Below, in pieces: positions 8,804-17,400 of a DNA stretch of 28,219 bases. Position numbers and translations under genes: made by a program. This DNA comes from a virus. Its lineage: Duplodnaviria; Caudoviricetes. The notes beneath the pieces are model-generated. The model worked only from the letters and a program-made list of their open reading frames with translations. It was not told the DNA's origin and did not search any database. Position 1 is the stretch's first letter. Each line of letters opens with the position of its first letter. The stretch covers positions 1 through 28,219 of IMG/VR virus record IMGVR_UViG_3300020044_002608. One strand, 5' to 3'.

Positions 8804-9216
8804 CAACCAAGGGTTGCACAACATGTTTCTATGGCGCAACATCTTCAGCTGTAGATCCTTGCAAAAGCTGCAAGAGTTTTGATAAGTTTGTAGACATCAG
8901 ATCTTTCCAAGACTCTCTGCCTACAGCAAGGGTTGTGGAAGGTGTGAAGTTTGATGGTACAAAACCTGATTGGGCATTGCTTCCATTCACTGCTGTATCT
9001 GAAGTGGTTGATGTACTAACCTTCGGTGCTACTAAGTACAGTCCAGACAACTGGAAGAAGGTTAAGGATGCTAAGAGACGTTACCTAGCTGCAGCCTTTC
9101 GTCACATCGTTGCTCACGCACGAGGTGAAAAGAAAGACAGCGAGTCTGGGTTTAGTCACTTGTCACACGCAGTGTGTTGCTTGTTGTTCATCTTAGAACT
9201 AGGGGACTCAGAATGA
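8800..9216 (+). CDS. dATP/dGTP diphosphohydrolase-like protein (DUF5664-type) with N-terminal CxxC...CxxC
   Basis: GVKFDGTKPDWALLP...VLTFGATKY..DNW...RYLAAAFRH...ESG.SHL.HA.CC; AGGAGG RBS. Confidence 0.85.
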   Translation: MTTKGCTTCFYGATSSAVDPCKSCKSFDKFVDIRSFQDSLPTARVVEGVKFDGTKPDWALLPFTAVSEVVDVLTFGATKYSPDNWKKVKDAKRRYLAAAFRHIVAHARGEKKDSESGFSHLSHAVCCLLFILELGDSE

Positions 9217-9389
9217 TTGCCGCAACAATTACCATCAAAGCTTTCTTTCACCAAGAAGATTTGCCTTCGGTGTATTCCAACGAAGACATCTTTCGTGAAG
9301 TGCTTGTTGAACACTTGTCCTACGCTTTGGAAAAGCTAGATGCTAAGGATGTAACCATTCATCCTATTGATCTTGAAGGTATGGAATGA
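9213..9389 (+). CDS. hypothetical protein
   Basis: ATG at 9213 (ATGA overlap, AGGGG RBS). Confidence 0.6.
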   Translation: MIAATITIKAFFHQEDLPSVYSNEDIFREVLVEHLSYALEKLDAKDVTIHPIDLEGME

Positions 9390-9586
9390 CCGACATTCTT
9401 GTTGAGTTGAGAACAGTTGCTAACGGGTATGTTATTAGATTCTCTGAACAGATGAATAACATGGAAGTTACTGGTGAGTTTGTTGCTGTTGATATTGAGG
9501 AAGCCCTCTCTATTGTTCGTGACATTTGTGTAGCACAAGATGCTTCTATCGATATGTCACACCTAGCAACAAATGTCATCAAGTAA
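9386..9586 (+). CDS. hypothetical protein
   Basis: ATGA overlap; ELRTVANGYVI beta-rich N-terminus. Confidence 0.65.
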   Translation: MTDILVELRTVANGYVIRFSEQMNNMEVTGEFVAVDIEEALSIVRDICVAQDASIDMSHLATNVIK

Positions 9587-9956
9587 ACCTCGCAACGGTG
9601 GTGAATGGACTGAGGCTAGGTTTCGTAGCTTCATCACCTCTGCTTTAAGAGCAGCGTCTAGGCGGTGGCCTCCTAAGTACACGGCGTTAAAAGCTGCTGT
9701 GGTTGGGAGATACACCAACAAGAGTACGGGTAAGCTGGCACAGCACTATCGCTGCGCTGGTTGCAGCAAACTCTTTGTGGCTACCGATGTACAGGTAGAT
9801 CACATTGACCCTGTTGTAGATCCGATTAGAGGCTTCGTCAGTTGGGATGTGTACATAGACAGAATGTTTTGTGAGCTTCACAATCTGCAAGTCATGTGCA
9901 AGCCTTGTCACAAGGACAAGACAGCTGAAGAAAAACTTAGGAAGAAACAGAAATGA
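9573..9956 (+). CDS. HNH-family endonuclease
   Basis: YRCAGC...VQVDHIDPVV...NLQVMCKPCH Zn-binding HNH pattern. Confidence 0.88.
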   Translation: MSSSKPRNGGEWTEARFRSFITSALRAASRRWPPKYTALKAAVVGRYTNKSTGKLAQHYRCAGCSKLFVATDVQVDHIDPVVDPIRGFVSWDVYIDRMFCELHNLQVMCKPCHKDKTAEEKLRKKQK

Positions 9957-10321
9957 AAGTATCTTTACTTGAAGAACACGAAGACGGTAGTGCGACATTC
10001 AGCTTTGACATGACCAATGCTGAGAAAGAAAGTCTCATTGAGATTGGAATCTTGGCTGGCCTAAATAAAGGCGTTGAGACAGAGAAGCAGCTGCGTAATG
10101 TTGAACTAACTATTGATCAGATCGATGAGATTGTTGTTCACGAAATGAAGCGTCTATATGAATACGCCATCAATCACGGGTTGTCTCATCCTGATGACAT
10201 TGACTACTATGAAAAGTTTAAGGTGGCGTTAGAGCTGGTACTCAAACACTTCATGGTGCGAGTGGAAGCAGAAGATTGGATTGAAAAAGCTAACGATTGG
10301 AAAGATGATGAGCAAGGTTAA
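9953..10321 (+). CDS. hypothetical protein
   Basis: ATGA overlap; acidic, EHEDGSATF N-terminus. Confidence 0.65.
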   Translation: MKVSLLEEHEDGSATFSFDMTNAEKESLIEIGILAGLNKGVETEKQLRNVELTIDQIDEIVVHEMKRLYEYAINHGLSHPDDIDYYEKFKVALELVLKHFMVRVEAEDWIEKANDWKDDEQG

Positions 10322-10931
10322 ACTAATTTGGTCAACACCAAACGGTGAAGAACTCGTTGCATACATGGCACGAGTATCTAACCCAGAGAATCAAGACAAC
10401 AAGGAGACAGCTCCTAAACTTCTTAAGTATTTGATAGACAACAAACATTGGTCACCCTTTGAAATGGTTAATGTGTGCATGGAGATTGAGACGACACGAG
10501 ATATTGCCCGTCAAATCTTACGACACCGCAGCTTTAGCTTTCAAGAATTGAGCCAACGTTATGCTGTCGTTCAAGACTACGACTTCTCTGAGTGTCGTTT
10601 GCAAGACAACAAGAATCGCCAGAACTCTATTGAGGTGCAAGACCGTGAGCTTCAGCGCATGTGGCAAGAGTCTCAAGCCACTGTCATTCGTACAGCCATT
10701 GGTCATTACGAGGCTGCACTGGGTGCTGGCATTGCTAAAGAGCAAGCACGTAAGCTGCTGCCTGAAGGCATGATGTTGTCACGCATGTACATGAACGGCA
10801 CACTGCGTAGCTGGTTGCATTACGTTGACATTCGTTGTGATAAAGCTACACAAAAAGAACATCGTGACGTGGCTGACAAGGCCAAGGTTGTGATACAGTC
10901 CCTCTTCCCCTCACTCTTTGAAAGTAAATAA
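10305..10931 (+). CDS. thyX: flavin-dependent thymidylate synthase
   Basis: ThyX motif RHRSFSFQELSQRY, plus HWSPFE, EQAR.LLP and RC...TQ.EHR; start ATG 10305 or 10308. Confidence 0.96.
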   Translation: MMSKVKLIWSTPNGEELVAYMARVSNPENQDNKETAPKLLKYLIDNKHWSPFEMVNVCMEIETTRDIARQILRHRSFSFQELSQRYAVVQDYDFSECRLQDNKNRQNSIEVQDRELQRMWQESQATVIRTAIGHYEAALGAGIAKEQARKLLPEGMMLSRMYMNGTLRSWLHYVDIRCDKATQKEHRDVADKAKVVIQSLFPSLFESK

Positions 10932-11245
10932 TGCAAGTAGACTTCTATCAATCCCGAGCGATGAGCTATCGTTTGGAAACAGCCAACGAGATTTATGCCC
11001 TGCTAAATCTTGGTGGTGAAATTGGCGAGGTGCTGAGCCTTGTTGCCAAGTTCATTCGTGACGGTGGTGATGTAGATAAATACAACCAAAGTATTAAGAA
11101 GGAACTTGGTGACATCATGTGGATGGTGGCAGCAGTTGCTCAAGATCACCGCATCAATCTGTCAGACATCTGTAAAGAAAACCTTGACAAGCTTGAAAGC
11201 CGTAAGATTAGGGATACTATTCAGGGATCTGGCGACAATCGCTAA
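10931..11245 (+). CDS. MazG-like NTP pyrophosphohydrolase
   Basis: LGGEIGEV...KKELGDIMW...NLDKL..R...GSGDNR. Confidence 0.9.
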   Translation: MQVDFYQSRAMSYRLETANEIYALLNLGGEIGEVLSLVAKFIRDGGDVDKYNQSIKKELGDIMWMVAAVAQDHRINLSDICKENLDKLESRKIRDTIQGSGDNR

Positions 11246-11272
11246 ACCTCTGTATAACTGTCCTTCCCCTCT

Positions 11273-11296
11273 GGAGAGCTTCGGCTCTCCTTTTTT
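11273..11296 (+). terminator. rho-independent terminator-like hairpin
   Basis: GGAGAGC-TTCG-GCTCTCC followed by TTTTTT. Confidence 0.8.
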
Positions 11297-11313
11297 ATCA
11301 ACGAAAGAAAACA

Positions 11314-13224
11314 ATGACAACAACAACCCCTTGGTCCTCAGTGGGCTACCTAACATACAAACGTACATATGCTCGGCGCTTGAATGAACAAGACATCAGC
11401 AGCCCGACAGAAGAATTCCCAGACACAGTGGAGCGAGTAATTAAAGCCTGTGAAGAACAGCTTAAATGCGGCTTTACAGCTGATGAAAACGAACGCCTAA
11501 GGGCTTACCTGCTTGGCCTCAAAGGAAGCGTTGCTGGTCGTTTCTGGTGGCAGCTAGGTACTGATACAGTGGGTAAGCTTGGCATGGCCTCGCTTCAAAA
11601 CTGTGCATTCCGTGTAGTAGACAAACCTGTCGAGCCTTTCACATGGGCAATGGACATGTTGATGCTTGGCTCCGGTGTGGGCTACAACATTCAGAAAGAA
11701 AATGTTAATAAACTTCCTCCAGTTAATGAGAATTTTAGTCGCCCTGTCCGCTCTAACGATAGTGGCGCTGATTTTATTGTGCCTGATAGTCGTGAAGGAT
11801 GGGTTGCCCTACTTGGTAAGACGCTTAAGGCAGCGTTTCTAGCACACTCATCTGGCAAACAAACGTTCAGCTATTCAACACAGCTGATTCGTTCTAAGGG
11901 TGCACCCATCAAAGGCTTTGGTGGCACAGCATCTGGTCCAGAAGATTTGGTGTGGGGTATTGAGAACATCTCTAAGGTGTTGGAGAAACGTGCGGGTAAA
12001 CAGCTGCGTCCAATCGATTGTCTTGACATCATGAACATCATTGGTGCTGTTGTTGTTGCTGGTAACGTGCGCCGTAGTGCACAGATTGCTATTGGAGATG
12101 CAGATGACGTGGAATATTTACTTGCTAAACGATGGGACTTGGGAAATATTCCCAGCTGGAGAGCCATGTCCAACAACAGCGTGGTGTGTCATGACGTGTC
12201 AGACCTCCATGATTTCTTCTGGGATGGTTACGAAGGGAAAGGTGAACCCTACGGCCTCATCAATCTTAAACTGTCTAGAAAAATCGGGCGCTTGGGCGAA
12301 ACCCAATACCCTGACCCAAAGGTTCAAGGCTATAACCCATGCGCTGAACAATCGCTTGCTGATGGTGAAACCTGCTGCTTAGCAGAAGTGTTCTTGCCTA
12401 ACATCACAAGCAAGGAAGAATTCTTGGATGTGTCTAAGCTGCTCTATCGCATCAACAAACATTCACTGGCATTGTCTTGCCACCAGAAAGTAACTGAAGC
12501 CATTGTGCATGAGAACATGCGTATGGGTGTTGGTGTCACTGGTGTGTTGCAATCAACAGAAGAACAGAAGTCTTGGTTGAATGATGTGTATCCATTGCTG
12601 CGTGAGTATGACAATGAGTACAGCGATGCTCATGGTTTCAATCGTTCCATCAAGCTGACAACAGTGAAGCCTTCTGGCACATTGTCTTTGTTGCCCGGTG
12701 TCACACCCGGTTGCCACCCTGCCTATGCACGATTCATGATTCGCCGTATCCGCATCAGCTCAAACCATGCGTTGGTTCAGGTGTGTAAAGATCACGGCTA
12801 CCATGTTGAGTATCAACAGAACTTCGATGGTAGTGAAGATCACAGCACAGTGGTTGTTAGCTTCCCGTTCCGTCACCCAGACCATGCTGTCTTGGCTAAG
12901 GACATGACTGCTATCGACCAACTGGAAACAGTGAAGTGGTTGCAACAAGTGTGGAGCGACAACAGTGTTAGCTGCACCGTGTACTACCGCATGGAAGAGT
13001 TGCCTGAGATCAAGAAGTATCTGAAGAAGCATTACAAAGGTAGCCACAAGTCGTTGTCTTTCTTGTTGCATTCAGAGCATGGCTTCAAGCAAGCTCCTCT
13101 GGAGGAAATCACTGAAGAGCAATACAACCAACTGGTTGCTAACACTCGCATCATCACTGCCGTTGACGAAGCCAACATTGGTTTGGATGACGACTGTGCT
13201 ACTGGCGCATGTCCCGTAAGGTAA
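11314..13224 (+). CDS. nrdJ: class II (adenosylcobalamin-dependent) ribonucleotide reductase
   Basis: Motifs GSGVG, VVAGNVRRSA, NPCAEQ, ETCCLAE and TTVKPSGT; C-terminal CATGAC redox pair; no beta subunit nearby. Confidence 0.93.
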   Translation: MTTTTPWSSVGYLTYKRTYARRLNEQDISSPTEEFPDTVERVIKACEEQLKCGFTADENERLRAYLLGLKGSVAGRFWWQLGTDTVGKLGMASLQNCAFRVVDKPVEPFTWAMDMLMLGSGVGYNIQKENVNKLPPVNENFSRPVRSNDSGADFIVPDSREGWVALLGKTLKAAFLAHSSGKQTFSYSTQLIRSKGAPIKGFGGTASGPEDLVWGIENISKVLEKRAGKQLRPIDCLDIMNIIGAVVVAGNVRRSAQIAIGDADDVEYLLAKRWDLGNIPSWRAMSNNSVVCHDVSDLHDFFWDGYEGKGEPYGLINLKLSRKIGRLGETQYPDPKVQGYNPCAEQSLADGETCCLAEVFLPNITSKEEFLDVSKLLYRINKHSLALSCHQKVTEAIVHENMRMGVGVTGVLQSTEEQKSWLNDVYPLLREYDNEYSDAHGFNRSIKLTTVKPSGTLSLLPGVTPGCHPAYARFMIRRIRISSNHALVQVCKDHGYHVEYQQNFDGSEDHSTVVVSFPFRHPDHAVLAKDMTAIDQLETVKWLQQVWSDNSVSCTVYYRMEELPEIKKYLKKHYKGSHKSLSFLLHSEHGFKQAPLEEITEEQYNQLVANTRIITAVDEANIGLDDDCATGACPVR

Positions 13225-13547
13225 GACCACCAGCACCACCGAAAACAGGATGGCCTCCGGGCCTCCTGCAAGATGACTCCAGTGAGTTGTCTAGGTGGTT
13301 TGCTAGTCGGATTGACGCAAGAGAAACTGTTCGAAGAGTATTTAGAAAGAACACCATGCCAAAGATTGTTTATTCAAAGCCCAACTGTCCCGGATGTGTA
13401 ACACTAAAGGACAAACTAAAAGCTGAAGGTACAGAATTCACTGAGGTTGTCATTGGTAAAGACCTGACAGTCGAAGAGTTTATCGAACGATTCCCAACCG
13501 TTCGTACTGTTCCTTATGTTGTAGATGTTAGAGAAGAGACGTGGTAG
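13209..13547 (+). CDS. glutaredoxin/NrdH-like redoxin (core from ATG 13356) with in-frame N-terminal extension
   Basis: YSKPNCPGC active site and RTVP cis-Pro motif; directly after the RNR. Confidence 0.85.
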   Translation: MSRKVRPPAPPKTGWPPGLLQDDSSELSRWFASRIDARETVRRVFRKNTMPKIVYSKPNCPGCVTLKDKLKAEGTEFTEVVIGKDLTVEEFIERFPTVRTVPYVVDVREETW

Positions 13548-13551
13548 TTTG

Positions 13552-13560
13552 TGATATAGT
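13552..13560 (+). promoter_or_regulatory. possible sigma70 extended -10 element
   Basis: TGATATAGT (TGnTATAAT-like) in the intergenic gap about 30 nt before ATG 13591. Confidence 0.35.
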
Positions 13561-13590
13561 TGCTTGCGGTACATAACCAAAAGGAACTAT

Positions 13591-13788
13591 ATGACTATCG
13601 TGATCAATCTAAGACTTGGTATCGGCCTTGATATTGAGTTTAACGAGGACATCTTGCACCTTGTAGATACTGGTGATGAGAAAGATTTATTGCTTGCCTA
13701 CTCAGGCATCCTGATACATCTTCCTTTCATCAAGATCTACATTGGTGAGTTTGATGAAGTTACACAACTGGAGAAACTTGATGAGTGA
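13591..13788 (+). CDS. hypothetical protein
   Basis: ATG at 13591 with AAGGA RBS. Confidence 0.65.
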   Translation: MTIVINLRLGIGLDIEFNEDILHLVDTGDEKDLLLAYSGILIHLPFIKIYIGEFDEVTQLEKLDE

Positions 13789-13975
13789 AGTTAAATCAGA
13801 ACGCAGTGCACCGTTGAAGATTCAATGGCAACAAGGCTACTATGCATTTACTCGTGGGTGGTTGGCTAATCAATACCATCCTGCTAGTGTTGCAGGTAAG
13901 GAATGGCAGCGAGGTTTTGACCGTGGCTATTTCGACAACCTAGAAAAACTCAATGGCAACCAAGCGGTTCGATAA
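13781..13975 (+). CDS. ribosome modulation factor (RMF)-like protein, putative
   Basis: QQGYYAF..G...NQY......KEWQRGF resembles the RMF pattern GY.AG..G....PY.......W..GW; GGAG RBS. Confidence 0.55.
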   Translation: MSEVKSERSAPLKIQWQQGYYAFTRGWLANQYHPASVAGKEWQRGFDRGYFDNLEKLNGNQAVR

Positions 13976-14384
13976 AGAATTGCATGATACATACGACAAG
14001 TTTGGAAGGGACATCGTCAAAAGCTTTGTCTCTTCCACTTGGAGTATGGAAGCAAGGGATAATCCAAACCGTTATGGCATTGACCTACATCTGTATGACA
14101 ATGACAGGCTGATTGGATATGCTGAGGTGGAAGTTAGATTGTCATGGAAAACTCTTGAGTTTCCCTACGAAGATTTGAATGTGCCTGAGCGGAAAAGAAA
14201 GTTGTTAACTCAAGAGTTGCCAACATACTTCTTCTCTGTCAACAAAGATGGTACAGCCTTGTTTCATTGTGAAGCAAAGGATGTATTAGAATCTGACGTG
14301 AAAGAATCACGCAATAAGTACGTTTTCCAAGGGGAGCATTTCTTCAAAGTGCCTTTGGACAAACTATCTTACGTAACCCTCTGA
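13953..14384 (+). CDS. PD-(D/E)XK-like nuclease-fold protein, putative
   Basis: YGIDL...YAEVEVR strand pattern; the canonical Lys position is atypical. Confidence 0.45.
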   Translation: MATKRFDKELHDTYDKFGRDIVKSFVSSTWSMEARDNPNRYGIDLHLYDNDRLIGYAEVEVRLSWKTLEFPYEDLNVPERKRKLLTQELPTYFFSVNKDGTALFHCEAKDVLESDVKESRNKYVFQGEHFFKVPLDKLSYVTL

Positions 14385-14457
14385 CCTTAGCTCAACTGGA
14401 TAGAGCAACGCCCTTCTAAGGCGTAGGTTGTTGGTTCGATTCCAACAGGTCAGGCCA
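14381..14457 (+). tRNA. tRNA-Arg (anticodon UCU)
   Basis: Acceptor stem CTGACCT/AGGTCAG; D-arm GCTC/GAGC with A20; anticodon stem ACGCC/GGCGT with loop CTTCTAA; T-arm GTTGG-TTCGATT-CCAAC; encoded CCA. Confidence 0.96.
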
Positions 14458-14460
14458 TTA

Positions 14461-14497
14461 AATAAGAAAGCCAGCAATTAAGCTGGCTTTTCTTTTA
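14461..14497. terminator. bidirectional rho-independent terminator between the convergent arms
   Basis: AAGAAA-GCCAGC-AATTAA-GCTGGC-TTTTCTTTT: GC stem with A-rich and T-rich flanks. Confidence 0.88.
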
Positions 14498-17400
14498 TCT
14501 GCGTCTGGTAGCTAGGCCACCTTTTGCAAGTCCAAGTCGTTTTATATTCTTTGGATATTGTGAAGCTGGTGCTTCAGAGTCTTGAACTTTTGCTGGAACC
14601 TTTCGTTCTCCACCAACAAGATCTCTGATGTTATCAATAGCTTTGTTACGTTTAATAACATCACCCTTCTCAGCAGATTGTCTAGCCATCTTAGAACCTT
14701 GCAACACTTTGAGTTGGTCAAGTAGATCTTCTAAGACAACAGCCTTGTCTTCAGCACCATTCTTTTTCAATACCTCAATGGTGTCCTGAATTGTTGGAAC
14801 CAATCTCAGTGTGCTGCTCTTCGACATAGATTCAATACGAGCCAAGGTTGTTTGCTCACTGCTAGTTGTTGCAGCAGTATGAGTAAACTCATTCCTCAAC
14901 AAGTCACGAATGTTTGAGTATGCCTTGTTAGCAGCAAGTGCTTGCTTCTCTGTACCAATGCTGAAGTTCAGAGCGTTGCGAGACTTAGCTATCTCTTTAT
15001 ACAACCGTTCCTGAGTGGCATCTTGATCAACAAAAGCCTTCAGCTGTTTCTCAACAAACGGAATATCAACCTTCATCTTCAGCTTATCAGCTTCCAAGAA
15101 AGCGTCTTCAGTTTCTCTGTAGTTCAATGAACGTGGCAAGCCAAGAGGACGAGCAACATCTGGTGAACCAGTGATGGTCTGTGCCATGATGTTCATGTCT
15201 CTGTCTTGGTATTGTTTCAACGGCATATCAACACGTCTAAACAAATAGTCAGCGTATGGAATCTCTGTCTGTGAAATGTTCTGTGGTCTGTTGCCACCAA
15301 ACTCTTCAGTGTTGTAGTTGAGACGCAAGTCTTTCGTGAACGATGGAGCACCAACGTCAATCTCTTTGTGGTAGTTGGAAGTTGAATCTTGTGGACGCAA
15401 GAAACCACGTCTGAGTTTTTCTTCAGTACGCACAGTACCAGACCCGTGATAGAGAACAACGGGTGGATGGTCTTTATACTTCTCTCTCAGGTCATTCAGT
15501 TTCTTCTGATAACCTTCAGCAAACTTGGTGAAGTCTGCTACGTCTGTTGGATTTGTAATGTCCAGCTCACGCTTGTTCTTAATACGCCAATCACCCTGAG
15601 CAACAGCAATAGCATCAGGGCTAATTCCCTTCTCAACAATTGTCGGATCTTCTTTCAGCGCATTGAATGAGTCAGTGCGAATCGTTCTCAACTCAGCCAT
15701 TGTCTGGTTTCTACGCTCAACGTTGACAGCAAACTTAGGTTTGTTCAGGTTGGTGTTAGTCACCTGTTGTTGTTCTGGTGGCAAGTCAACTTCATCTGTG
15801 ATGTTCTTAGTTGCCAAGTCAGATGTAGTGACAGGCACAACCTTCTCACTTGGTGCAATATCAGCAGCCAGCTTATTAATACTTTCTTGGTAAGCAGCAG
15901 GATCAGAAGTCTTGTAAGCGTTCAATTGATACGCACTACCCATCTTGCCTTCCAAAATCTTCTCAGCTTCTTTCAATTGATAGTCACTGAAGGCAGCAGG
16001 TTGTGCAAAGGAAGCTTCAGCATTGGTTACCAAGTCTTCCATAGAAGGCTCTACAGCACGTCCTTCACCTTCGATGGGGCCGAGGTATGGCTCATTAGAT
16101 TCAACCACCTTGCTGGTCGATCTAGGGGCTTCTGTAGGGGCTAGGACAGGGCTAGTAGTCTTAGCTACAGGTTTAGCCACAGGCTTAGTCAACATCTTCT
16201 CTGTCTGTTGTACTACTTCTGGCTTAGCTGTCTTACTAACCACATCGCCTAGCGTCTTCATCAGATTGCTACCGGCTTCTTGCAAGGTGTTCTTAGCAAC
16301 ACCCTTTGCAACATCACCAGCTAAACCACCAACACCGAATGCCGATGGGAACAACCCATATTCCTTAGCCATCTCAACAGCTTCACGAGTGTCTTTAGCA
16401 GGATCGAATTCTCTGCCGTAGCTTTCTCTGAAGTTTGTCTTAATAACTTGTAAGCTTTTAGATGTAAGTTTGCTATATGCTTTTTGGTATAAAGAAGCTG
16501 GACCAACATCCATCACACCTGTTACATCACCACCAGCTGCATAGCCGGGTAAGCTACGCATAGCTTCAGCATATGCCAAAGCGGTGGCATAGTCTTTGGT
16601 GGTTGCCAAGTCTTTGCCTTGCTGTTGTTGGTATGTCTCAGCAACAACACGCTTCAACTCTGGTGACAGCTTGCTGTATTGCACCTCAAACAAACGAGGT
16701 TGCTTACCCTCAGCATAGGCAGCAGCAGTTGACTTATCTGATGCAAACTCTTTAGCTGTCTTCTGTGCCCAGCTTGTTAAGTTTTGCAGAGCAATCTTCT
16801 GCATGTCCTTCGATGCTTCTTTGTAGAACGAAGTTTCCTTGAGGTTGTTAAATTGCTCAACAACCAAGGGAGCCATAATCTTACGGGCATCAGCGTCAAC
16901 AATCTTGTCACCTGTGCTGGTGAAAATCTTGTTGCCGGGAATGTGTAGACGTGTAATCTCACCTTCCAAATCTGAGGGTGTGCCTTTGATTGTGATACCC
17001 GTAAACATCTTGAGAGGACCAGCATCGTTGAATGCTGCTGTCTCTCGTGTAGCTGGTTGATATACAGGCAGCTGTTGTTTGACAACAGGTGTACGCTTCA
17101 TCAACTGTTGTGTTGCTGACGACACTACGCCTTCTTCACCAGCTGGAATCTGATAGGCATCACGAGGCAGGGTTTCATCACGGTCAATGGCTCCAACCAA
17201 GTCACTAACTTGTTGCAATGGAACCAAGGCTCTACCGAAGTATTCACCCAACCACTCACCGAAGAAGGTCTTAACCTTTATGTCAGCTGTCTCTTCGCCA
17301 ACGCCAGCATTCGACTGAGCTTCAGCAAACTTATCACCCAACCATGAGTATGTACCGGCTGGTGCTTTGAAACCAATCAGTGCTTCGATAAACTCTTTTG

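Noticed and set aside
8800-9216. 2-aminoadenine (Z-genome) pathway
   Set aside because: No PurZ-like synthetase in the window; the diphosphohydrolase alone is insufficient evidence.
5262-13224. Intein or intron in the polymerase or RNR; mobile homing role for the HNH gene
   Set aside because: ORFs are continuous and of ordinary length with no splice-junction motifs seen. The HNH gene is coupled within the operon like a core nuclease.
1444-13271. Minus-strand and alternate-frame ORFs within the replication arm (e.g. 2609-2932, 7343-7843, 7440-7811, 12041-12382)
   Set aside because: They overlap well-supported genes and lack motifs. Unlike Rz1, none shows a lipobox or other positive signal.
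14381-14457. tRNA-Arg as the attP or a prophage boundary for the integrase
   Set aside because: Phage genes lie on both sides and I saw no duplicated tRNA 3' fragment or host genes; no direct support.
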